Assembly: GCF_009914755.1 (NCBI RefSeq)
Contig: NC_060932.1
Strand: one strand, 5' to 3'
Source of the DNA: the human T2T-CHM13v2.0 reference genome, Homo sapiens
Length of the DNA: 64,000 bases
The notes below the pieces were generated by a model, which did not search any database, was not told where the DNA came from, and saw only the letters and a program-made list of their open reading frames with translations. The position numbers and the translations under genes were made by a program. Below, piece after piece: positions 1 to 12,459 of the stretch; the first letter of the stretch is position 1; each line of letters starts with the position of its first letter.

Positions 1-366
1 TGGGTTTGCCGGAGGTCACCGTTTTGGGAGGCCTGACTGCCCAGCTGTAAGAGCAGTGAAGACAAACGGGAGGTACCGGAGATTGCAGGGCAGGGGCGTT
101 GAGACCAGCCGGCAGCAGCCAGGCCGGCCAAATGCCAAGTGGGAGTCAAGCCGCTTACAACGCGGGGATTCTCGCCCATGGACCCGGAATGGGGCCTGGG
201 AAAGCCGCTTCCCCGTGGAGGAGGAGGGACGGCGGGGGACGCGGCGGGCGCTGGAGCCTGCCAGGATTTGCGTTCGCGCGGACGGAGGGGCCGAGGCCGG
301 GGCCGGGGCCCCGCGGAGGGCGAGGCCTGGGGCCCGGGATAAGGCGAAGAGGCCCCAGCTTCTCAC

Positions 367-483
367 CTGCGGCTCGCAGAGCTTGGCGCAGTAGGACGCG
401 GGCGGTCCTGACCGCCGCTCCGGCCTCTCCTCGAACACCGAGTCCTCGAACTCGCCGCCGAACAACCAGCACCCGGAATCCAT
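367..483 (-). CDS. C8orf76: C8orf76 first coding exon ([39 protein letters not shown], 39 aa); the rest of the gene lies left of the window
   Basis: ATG at 483-481 in a CpG island. 117 nt ending in phase 0 at the donor CAG|GTGAGA (GT at 366-365). The peptide matches the recalled C8orf76 N-terminus, and the gene is adjacent to ZHX1. Confidence 0.9.
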
Positions 484-557
484 CTCGCGCCCGCGGCGGG
501 GGCAACGAGGAAGCGGGGCCCGCCGGAAAAGGCGGGGCTTCCACGGCCCAGAGCGCG

Positions 558-577
558 GCACGCTGGGACTTGTAGTC
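558..577 (-). promoter_or_regulatory. ZNF143/THAP11-type SBS motif (GACTACAAGTCCCAGCGTGC)
   Basis: Matches the ACTACAnnTCCCA consensus just upstream of the C8orf76 ATG. A second degenerate copy (ACCACTACTCCCA) lies at 613-625. Confidence 0.75.
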
Positions 578-732
578 TTTGAGGGCGACGCGGGGACGTG
601 GCCGCTGCTGGTTGGGAGTAGTGGTTGAGCTGAGATGATTATCTGACCCACTAACTGACCGAACCCCAGGACGGAGGTTTTGACTTCTCTGTGTCAGGAG
701 ATGGACAGAATGATCCTTACCTGCACGCATCA

Positions 733-1402
<670 letters not shown>

Positions 1403-2386
1403 TGCAAGTACCAATTGTCAACCACTGTGCATTCCCGTCACTGTGTTAAGCACATTTTTTCTTTTCGGCTAACAACCACCTTATGAAAGCCAAAGTGATT
1501 CCCATTTTGCAAATCCTATTTTGAAGATATTGGAGTTTGGAGAGGTTAAGTAACTTGTTAAGTTTCGGTCATTATGTGGCTGAAACTTGGGAAATACAGA
1601 AATGAATGCGTACTCTCCGTGCTTCCGGACAAGAGACACTACCACCAATAACAAAGACCGGAGTCATTCACGCATTTATGAAAGAAAAGACACAGAAATA
1701 TACCGTGGGAGGCTAGATCAGGGAGCATTCATTCGACCTGGAGAACACCAAATCTCAAAATTCTAAGACTAACATTTACTACAATTCTTATACTTTTAAG
1801 ATATTTCTTGACTCTAGAAAGTAAAGATTGTTGACAAAATGCTGGCCAATACTGTACAGCACAATATTGTGCCATATTACACAGTAGGAAATAAACATAA
1901 AGGTTTTCCCCGATTTTTTTCCTGTTCCTCTTCACTCTCACCAGTTTCTCTTCCACCATTTATCTGTCTTCCAGGTTTCTTTTTTAAAATTTTATCTGTT
2001 TATTTATTTCTGAGACAGGGTCTCGCTCTGTCGCCCAGGCTGGGGTGCAGAGGCGCAATTTCGGCTCACTGCGTCCTCAACCTCCTTGGCTCAAGCCATC
2101 CTCCCACCTCAGCCTCCCGCGGGCCACCACACACTGCTACTTTTTTGTATTTTCAGTAGAGAGGGGTTCTTTCATGTTGACCAGGTTCAGCGTTCTTTCT
2201 TCAACCCAACTTTTTCCTCCACAAACTCACCTAATCCACTCCCCCAGGTTTCAGAATCCATCTCTCTGCTAATTATTGCCAAAATCTAGAACCAGCTCAT
2301 TTATCCAGCAGCCTCAGGTGGGAGGCTCCAGCTGAACAGCCTCCAGGCATTAGTTACTGATGAATGAATTCATCAAGATCCACTTA

Positions 2387-2692
<306 letters not shown>

Positions 2693-3646
2693 ATTTTTTT
2701 TTCTGCTGAAACGGTCAGGAAGTGTTAGGGTGCTTATGGATAAAAGGTAGTTATTTGCCCTTTAGACTCAGGATTCCTGGGCTCGGGTGTTTCCAGCCTT
2801 TTTACCACTAATGACCCTTTCAGTTTCTCCCTGAAAGTTGTGGAGGATTTCTATATAAAATAAAACTGCATTTATTAGCTAATAATTATTTTTCCTTTAA
2901 AAAATAGAATCCAGATCCTATATAACAGCCAATCCAAACTTCTACCCAGCCTGAGTCTACTGGCATGGCCTCATTGTACATTAGAATTCCACTTGAAAGC
3001 AAAGCACCAGCTCTTAGGGCCCTGGGAAGCCTGAAGAAAGGTAAAATATGATTAGCATCGGACCTCTGGCAATAATGAAAACACTTCAAAGACTCCTATC
3101 ACTACTGAGGACCAGGGGTCTGGGACCCCAAGTTACACACCACTGCCTCATTTGATAGAGAGGCGCTAGGGTAATGTCATTTTTCAAAAGTAAACCAATA
3201 AAATAGAAGGGTATTATATGCTCTGTGACTGTTAAATCCACCTTATACACTAAGGAAATGCCAAGTGTTAGGCAGTGTTAGGAAACTGGAATTCTGCAAG
3301 TATCCAAAATTGTGTGGTTGTGATTAAAACCTGTTTCTGTAGAATTTTATCTATAAAAATCTGATTTTTGATTGAGGTGACTGATTGAGTTCCCCATCAC
3401 AAGGTAACCAGCACCTCCTCCAGGCAGCCCTCCTTCTTTCCTGTAATTCTTCCATGCTTCTATCCATCCACGGTGGCATTTAGCACTCTGTGGACTGTTG
3501 GAGGTTAGAGGTGGTGTCTTTTTCACTCTTGTCAACTCAGCCCCCAGTCAGGGATTGGCCCAGACCACCGCAATAAATGTGTTTTTTTGATTTATGGAGA
3601 TCCAAATCCTGTTGAATGGATGGGTGAATGGGTAAATGAAAGAAAG

Positions 3647-3960
3647 GAGCCGGGCAAGGTGGCTCACGCCTGTAATCCCAGCACTTTGGGAGGCTGAGGC
3701 GGGCGGATCACCTGAGATAGGGAGTTCAAGACCAGTGTGACCAACATGGAGAAACCCCATCTCTACTAAAAATACAAAATTAGCCAGGCGTGGTGGCACA
3801 TGCCTGTGATCCCAGCTTCTCAGGAGGCTTAGGCAGGAGAATCGCTTGAACCCAGGAGGCAGAGGTTGCGGTGAGCTGAGATCACACCACTGCACTCCAG
3901 CCTAGGAAACAAGAGCGAAACTACATCTCAAAAAAAAAAAAAAGAGAGAGAGAGAGAGAG
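3647..3960 (+). mobile_element. Alu (AluS-like) with an (AG)n-extended tail
   Basis: Alu consensus, then an A-tail, then a GA dinucleotide repeat. Confidence 0.9.
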
Positions 3961-4776
3961 GACCAGGAAATGGCAAAAGGAACAGAGGAGCACTTCTCAG
4001 TTCTAAGTCAGTTGTTCATGTCCTATCTGCAAGTAGGGGAGGGAAAGAACCAACACTTATTGAGCATCTATAATGAGGTCATGCTATGGGCACCCTATTG
4101 TTTTTATTTATTCTCATAATCTCTCTGAGTTTAGATACTATTATTCCCATTTTTATAGATGAGGAAATATTAATAGGATCTGAGAGGTAACTTGTCTAAA
4201 GTCCCAGGCAGTGAGCAGATCAGTTCAAAGTTAACTTTATTTGACATGTTGTTAAATATCCCCCAAAAACAAAATGGCAGAGCTTCATGGAGACTTGGAG
4301 AACTGTCTGTCACTGGCTGGTTCTGCCTGCCCCATATTCTAGCACCTTAGGTACTCTCATTTATTCTGTTTGTCTAGGCAGAATGGCTTTCTCTGCCTTG
4401 TCTGTACACATCCCAAACACGGCCTCTCTAGCCTGAGCTTACCACAGAGCTACAGTAATTAAAACAGTGTGGTACTGGCATAAGGATAGAAATATCGACC
4501 AATGGAACAGAACTAAGAGTCCAGAAATAAACCTTCACACATTTATAGCCAATTGGTTTTTGACAAGCGTTCCAAGTCCATTCAATGGGGGAAAGAATAA
4601 TTGCTTCAACAGATGATGCTAGGACAATTGGATTACCACATGCAAAAGAATGAAGTTGGACCCCTGCCTCGCACCATATTAAGAAATTAACTCAGAATGG
4701 ATTAATAACCTAAATATAAGAGCTAAAAATCATAAAACCCTTAGAAGAAAATTATTCATGACCTTGAATTTGGTAA

Positions 4777-4905
<129 letters not shown>

Positions 4906-5225
4906 TGAGTAGCTGGGATTACAGGAGTGTGCCACCACACCTAGCTAATTTTTTTATATTTGTAGAGACAGGGTTTTGCCATGTTGGCCAGGCTGGTTTT
5001 GAATTCCACCTCAGGTGATCCACCTGCCTTGGCCTCCCAAAGCGTTGGGATTACAGGTGTGAGCCACTGCGCCCAGCCTGATAATAGATTCTTAGCTATC
5101 ACACCAAAAGCACAAGCAACAACAACAAAAATAGATAAACTGGGCTTCGGAAAACTTAAAAACTTTTTTGTGCATCAATGACATTATCAAGAAAATGAAA
5201 ATACAGCCTACAGAATGGGAAAAAT

Positions 5226-5634
5226 ACAGCTAATTCTCATTATTCACAGTTATTACATTCTATAAAGTCACACTGAATTAGCAAATCCTGAACACATGCT
5301 CCTAGGGTTAGGGTCCTGGGAGCCTCTGGTCACAATATATTTATCAATCAATCAAAACATCACCATGTTTTGTATTTTTCTGTTTAAAGACACCTTATTT
5401 AATACTGTTGATTGATTAACACTGAACTCATGACTAACAGCACTGTAACTCATGCCTGAATGAAGCTTATCTAACGCATATTTTCTCCATAGGGCACATG
5501 ACAGCCTTCTAATATTTAGAAACACTGACAACACTTCAGCACTACACTTGGGACCATTTTAAACTGCAGAAAGCAGAAAAATATGGAAAACACAGCACTA
5601 AATAGACTACAAAAGGATGCTTTTTCATTCCTAT

Positions 5635-5680
<46 letters not shown>

Positions 5681-5872
5681 CTCTACAGTATGAGACCTGA
5701 AACAAGGCAAAGCATCTCTTTGGTTGACCTTTGCTGGGAACATCTTTTTGTTGCCATTCTGTACATGTGCAGGAATGACCAAGGAAGTACTATGAATACT
5801 GATTTGGGGGTTACAAATACATTTTAATGTGTAGGCAAATTTGCATATACAGAATCCATAATGAGGATCAAC
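5226..5872. mobile_element. Tigger-family MITE (MER82-like) containing a (CA)n repeat at 5638-5678
   Basis: Terminal inverted repeats CAGCTAATTCTCATTAT ... ATAATGAGGATCAACT. Resembles the recalled MER82 consensus. Confidence 0.6.
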
Positions 5873-5891
5873 TTATTTGCAAATCATAATA

Positions 5892-6419
<528 letters not shown>

Positions 6420-7589
6420 TATCTGATAAAGCTGTAACATCCAGAATATATAAAGAACTAAAACTCAGCAACAAAAAGGCAACCCAATTAAAAACTGGGC
6501 AAAGGATTGAACAAACTTTCAATATATTCAAAGGAAGATATACAAATAATTATGTGAAAAGATGTAGTTTTGATTTGCATTTTCCTAATGACATTATCAC
6601 TCATCATTAGGGAAACACAAATCAAAACCACAATGAGACACCACTTCATACTTACTAGGATGGTTATAATTTTTATTATTTTATTTTTAGAGATGGGGTC
6701 TCACTATATTGCTCTCACTGGCCTCAAATACCTAGGCTCAAGTGATCCTCCCACCTCAGCCTCCCTGGTAGCTGGGACTACAGACACAGACCATCGCACT
6801 GGGCTTATAATCACTTTTTAAAACTGAAAATGAAAGGTGTTGGCAAAAATGTGGAGAAACTGGAATGCTTGTATATTGCTAGTGGAACGTAAAATGGTAC
6901 AGATGCTTCAGAGAACATTTTAGCACTGTGGAAGAGTTTGGTGGTTCCTCAACAAATTAAACACAGAATACCACATGATTCAGGAATACTACTCCTTGAT
7001 ATACTCAAAAGAACTGAAAATGGGTACTCAGATCCTTGTATACCAATGTTCACCGCAGCATTATTCACAATTGCCAAAAGGCGGGAAAAAAACAAGTTTC
7101 CATCAACAGATACATGGATAAACAAAATGTGTGTGGGAGGAAGTGCACGTGTACAGACAAACACACACACACACACACAATAAAACATAAATCAGCCATG
7201 AAAAGAAACAAAGTCTTGATATACGCTAAAACATGGATGAACTTGAAAACATTATAAGTTAAAATAAGCCAGACACAAAAGGGCAAATATTTTAGGATTC
7301 TACTTCTTTGAAATATCAAGAATACACAAATTCATAGAGACAAAAAGTAGATTAGAGGTTACCAGGGGCTGGGAGGAATGGGGAGTTATTGCTTAATGGT
7401 TCCGAGTTTCTGTCTGGGGTGATGAAAAACTTTTGGAAAAGTGGTGAAGGTGGTGCAGCACTGTGAATATAATTAATGCCATTGAATTTACACTTAAAAA
7501 CTGGTATAATGGCAAATAGTATGTGATATATATTTTACCACAATGTTTTAAAAATTGACTTTGTTAATAAAATGAAAAAAAAAAGGTCA

Positions 7590-9458
7590 CTGTAAACTAC
7601 TAATCACTACTTTTATTTTGTATTCAAGGTCACAATCAACCAGAAGAGGGTTCTTTTGCTCTGTCAAATAAATATATTTAAAAGCTAGCAAACGTCAGAG
7701 AAGAGTTTTATCAGGCCTATAAAAGAGATGAGGGAAATTAATAGTTATATACAGCTACACAGAGTTAACATATTGCAAGGGAAACAACTATATTCAAAGG
7801 CTTCATTTCTAATACTTGACATTTCAAATTTTGAGAACATTAAAATTATTGTCAAACAAAACTCAGACCACATTAGCAATGTTTATAAAAGGGAGCAATT
7901 TAATCATTATATTACAGAGTGCTTTAAGAAGTTTTTAAACGTGTAAAAGAAAAAAAAAAAGCTTAGTGCATTACGGTCTTTACATTGCTTCTTTTTTAAA
8001 AAAGTTAACAGTAGTATGAAAAAAGCCACCCACAAAGCCAGCTGTCTGAGTGAGGAAATCAGCTACATTGCAGCATTTTGGAATTACTAATAAAGCTATA
8101 GTTAAAAAATAAAAAGTTTATAAAAATGAAAGCAGCATGCATATTCAAGGCTTTTTCATAACATTTTCAATGGCTGAAAAACATTTAACCAAGAGCTTAA
8201 TATTTATTATCCATTAAATTAGAGAAAATAAACTGGCTAAGCCTACATCTGGTCATTCAGAAAAACATGTTAAAATCCAAAGCTAATTAAACTGAACATT
8301 TCTTCTACGAAGAAAGCGCATTTTGAAAAATGGTCCTATGGTCACAAAAGAAAGGGTTCTTCCCAATATGAATGAACAGCACCAGTCTTTACAAAGTTTG
8401 TAAATTAGTATGAACTTTCAGTCTCCTGATACGGCAAGAGTTAACAGTTAACACTCCCATGATTCATAAGTGAAAAGCTAACTTTTAACTCATTATGATC
8501 AGTTCAGAATTTTTTCTCTATTCACTGAAACTGTTATAAAATTTCACTGAAAGATAACTCTTAAAAATTCTGATCTGACACCTGTATAAACATTTCTGAT
8601 TTCCACGATTGTAAGAAAACACTAAGTATACATTTACTACGTGATTCTTTTTCACATTTTTGGTGCAGTATTTATTTCAAAGCTTCACCCTATCCAAATT
8701 ACCATGTCAGTTTCTTTTCCTTCTTCAGAATTAATTTCCTGCAGTTTAATAAAAAGCAAATCAGCTTCTAATGGAACAAGTAACAGTAGAAACAGTGGTA
8801 TTCATGGATGTGTTTAATGAAGGATCCAATTATTAAGGGCCAGTGAAACCATAAAATCTTATTGTTTCAACATATATAAATAGGCTGTTTTTACATTTGA
8901 AATTGTATAAGCCCATGCACAACTTTTAATCTTAGTGCAGGGTCTGATAAATAAGACATAGTAATAAATCAGGGTTTTTTTTTTTTTTTTTTTTTTTACC
9001 CATTTCTAACAATTTTTACTGTAAAATTTTTGGTCAAAGTTCTAAGCTTAATCACATCTCAAAGAATAGAGGCAATATATAGCCCATCTTACTAGACATA
9101 CAGTATTAAACTGGACTGAATATGAGGACAAGCTCTAGTGGTCATTAAACCCCCTCAGAAAGTCTAAGATTCAGAATGTCTCCATCATATTAGAAGAAAA
9201 ATGTACTGTATTAAAATTTAAATTGCATTTTTACAAGTTGTTTTTTAATTAGTGTTCTATTTACATTGCAGAACTTCCACCAACTGCAGTAGTTTAACTT
9301 TGGCACAACATTAAGTTCCATTTCTTTTGGGTATTGGATCCTGCTTTTTGAGTGTGTATGCCCCAAAACGTTTTCAATGTCATCAAAGATTGGGCAAATT
9401 CACAGTAAATCAGACATCTTGAGTTGAAGAATTGATTCTCCTTCAACGTTTTAGGCAG
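7590..9458 (-). other. ZHX1: ZHX1 terminal exon (entirely 3'UTR)
   Basis: Acceptor TTTTCTTTTTTAG|CTG (AG at 9460-9459). Transposon-free AU-rich sequence. AATAAA on the minus strand at 7617-7612. The 3' end is approximate. Confidence 0.75.
7612..7617 (-). terminator. Polyadenylation signal AATAAA of ZHX1
   Basis: Canonical hexamer with a U-rich tract (the L1 A-tail read on the minus strand) about 30 nt downstream. Confidence 0.65.
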
Positions 9459-10025
9459 CTAAAAAAGAAAAACATCATAAAAAACTGAAAATTTAAAGAA
9501 AACCATATTTTAATTTTTACTACTTTTAGAAATAAAAGTGAAAATACATCTTTTGTATTCTCTTGAGATTACCTGCCACATATGTCTTCCATAATACACT
9601 AGGCTTTGTGTGCAACTCATCTATGTATATGTTCTTCATATGCTAGATTTGCTTATAAACATTTATCATCTTTATGTAATAATTTATTTCAAACTGTATG
9701 AGCAGGGAGTATATATTTCATTGTCAGTATCTGTAATAAGCAGACTATGAAATCTAAAGACTTGTACTTTTTTCTATTTCTATACAAGGTGCAAAAGATA
9801 TATATGTACCTCACTTCCTGTAATAACTATTTTGGGAAGGTTTTGGTAACTTTTTTGGTAAATTGAACAATATTTAAATGAAGAAATAACTATTTAGAGA
9901 AGGCTATGGTGAATCCTCTTATAAGTGAAAAATTATTTTACTCAGCCAAGGATAACTTGATGTTTCAGAAATTTAGACTTTTGTGTATTTAAAAAGGCAT
10001 GCTTCTATGCTATCACAAAAGTATA

Positions 10026-10519
10026 TAATATGGTTTGGCTCTGTGTCCCCATCCAAATCTTACCTTGAATTGTAATTATTAAGGGACAGTGATACCACAA
10101 AATCTTATTGTTTCAACATATGTAAATAGGCTGTTTTTACATTTGAAATTGTATAAGCCCATACATAACTTTTAATCAGGGAGTGTCGGGGGAGGGAGCC
10201 TGGTGGGAGGTGACTGAATCATGGGGGTGGACTTCCCCTCTGGCTGTTCTCATGATAGTGAGTGAGTTCTCAGGAGATCTGGTTGTTTGAAAGTTGTGTG
10301 GAACATCCCCTTTCGCTCTCTCTCCTGTTCGGTCATGGTGAGATGTGCTTGCTTCCCCTTCTTCCCCTTCGCCTTCTGCCATGACTGTAAGTTTCTTGGG
10401 GCCTCCCAGTCATGCTTCTTGTTAAGCCGGCAAAACTGTGAGTCAACTAAACCTCTTTTCTTCATAAATTACCCAGTCTCAGGTCGTTCTTTATAGCAGT
10501 GTGAAAATGGACTAATACA
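10026..10519 (+). mobile_element. MaLR solo LTR (THE1D/MSTA-like) carrying a 104-bp foreign insert
   Basis: Starts TAATATGGTTTGGCTCTGTGTCCCC and ends TTTATAGCAGTGTGAAAATGGACTAATACA. Confidence 0.85.
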
Positions 10520-12459
10520 GTGCATGTATAGCATACATCATACAGTCTTTTGAAAACTGTAGTTTTAGGATGAATTTTCTGACCAGAATTAGTATCCATT
10601 ACAGTGTTAATATATAACATAAGAATTATCTATACAAAATTAAAGGTCAAACTAAACTGTACAGAAAAATTCACATTATTTTTGGAAGACTGCAACTCCC
10701 CAAAAAAATCATTGCAGAGGTTACAACAACAACATTCACTGCAGCAACAAATTTGTTGATTTAATCTTGGCTGAGTGCACATTCTTGTGTTTAGCAATAA
10801 AAAAAATGCCTGTTAAAAATATTTTATGTATCTGGGTCAGAAGAAAGCCTGCTCTGAAGATTTCTGACATTAGGAAATGGAGGGCTGCACTTCAGGATAA
10901 AGCTGTATGAAACTGTTTAACTTCTTATAACCTAAAATGATTACATTATACCCTATAACCTGGAATGATATTTATACTGCTTATTAAAACAGGTACATTT
11001 TTAGTTTCATCTGTTATCCCTTAAAAAATATTAACAAGGAGAAAACCTGAAAAAGGATTGCCAAGCAGTAAGAATAGTGCCTGGTACATATTAAGCTCCC
11101 TATAAATAATTGTTAAAATAAATAAAACCAGAGAGAAGATGTAAGGGAATTAAGGAAAAACTGCACAGAATAACAGAGCATAAAAGTAGGGGATGGGATA
11201 CTCATGCAAAAAGCCAAGGAAATAAGTAAGCATGCTCACGTATAAAATAATAATGAGGGTCTACGTCTCATTTCCTTCCTTACTGTTTGAACACAGCAGT
11301 CATTTCTGATAGCAAGATGCTATTTGGACTACTGACAGACATACACAAACATTTCATGACAACTGCATTGTTTTCAAAACAGTGTACTTTTACCCCGGAA
11401 CACTCCAAAACAAAGAATAGCAAAGAATAAAACTATGTTATTAAATTCCAGAAGTATTAAGAATTCAATTCCTAACTCCAAAGCAGGTATCTGATTTGCA
11501 ACTACAGTTCAACTTTAATTAATCCAATTTATAAAAGAACTAAGATTTAAGGAACATGCCAAAACCTTTCAAATTTAAGCCATATTTATTTGCATTTTTA
11601 AGACTACAGAGATATACTTTAAATCAAATACAATGTTAGTGCTGGTAGCAGGTTTGTTTTATACCAAAGAATGAAAAGATATTTTAAGCAATTGGGTTTA
11701 TATCAAATCTGTTATTTGCCTTTTGATCTCTAAAACAGAAATAATTTATATCACAGTTTTCAAAGACAGATGCCGCCTAAGCAAACATGAATTTATATAT
11801 GGCCTAAAACAGACCTTTGACTTTTAACAGAAAAAGATATTGAGTAATTTTATAAATTACTAAAAAGATACTGAGTAATTTCATAAATACATAAAGCATT
11901 TTAAACTCTAGTTAAAAGTCTAGTAAAGTTTTGGGAGCAATGCAATGAAGATGAAAAGATACCCATTTTCACCTAGTTTCCTAAAACTGCACAATCCTCA
12001 ACCCTGTGGTAAGTCTTTCCTTTGGTGTACTTTTCCCCTTCTTTTTAGTTTTCATTTTTGAATTATTTCCTTAAATAGGCAAAAAATGAAGCTTTAGTGA
12101 AGGGGGCATTGCAATAAAATACATTTTAGTTATCTTTAGTATTTGTTTGTGAATCCCCTCAACCTGCCTGCCAGTCTCCCTTCATAGAGATTGGGTAACT
12201 TTCCTTCAAAACAAAGTAAAAAAAACCCAATTCATATGAAAAATAATAATTAAGACATTAAACTCTACATAATAATAATAAAACTACACATGATAATCAT
12301 TTATCTCTTAGCTATACTAGTGGTACCTAGTCTTATTAGGGAAAAGAAAAACTACTTCAGAAAATATCAAAAATGAAGATGACTGATACAACAAGGTGAC
12401 TGTTCAAAATGTATGTGGTTGATGAACATATACGCAGATTAAAAATTTTCTTAACTTAC

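Larger units (their letters stand above)
1..700. promoter_or_regulatory. CpG island / promoter of C8orf76
   Basis: Very high GC and CpG density, with GC boxes and ETS-like CCGGAA near 523-528. Confidence 0.85.

Noticed and set aside
8974-8998. Long A-tract in the ZHX1 3'UTR as an alternative poly(A) end
   Set aside because: Genomically encoded, with no AATAAA at a suitable distance upstream. More likely an oligo-dT internal priming site.
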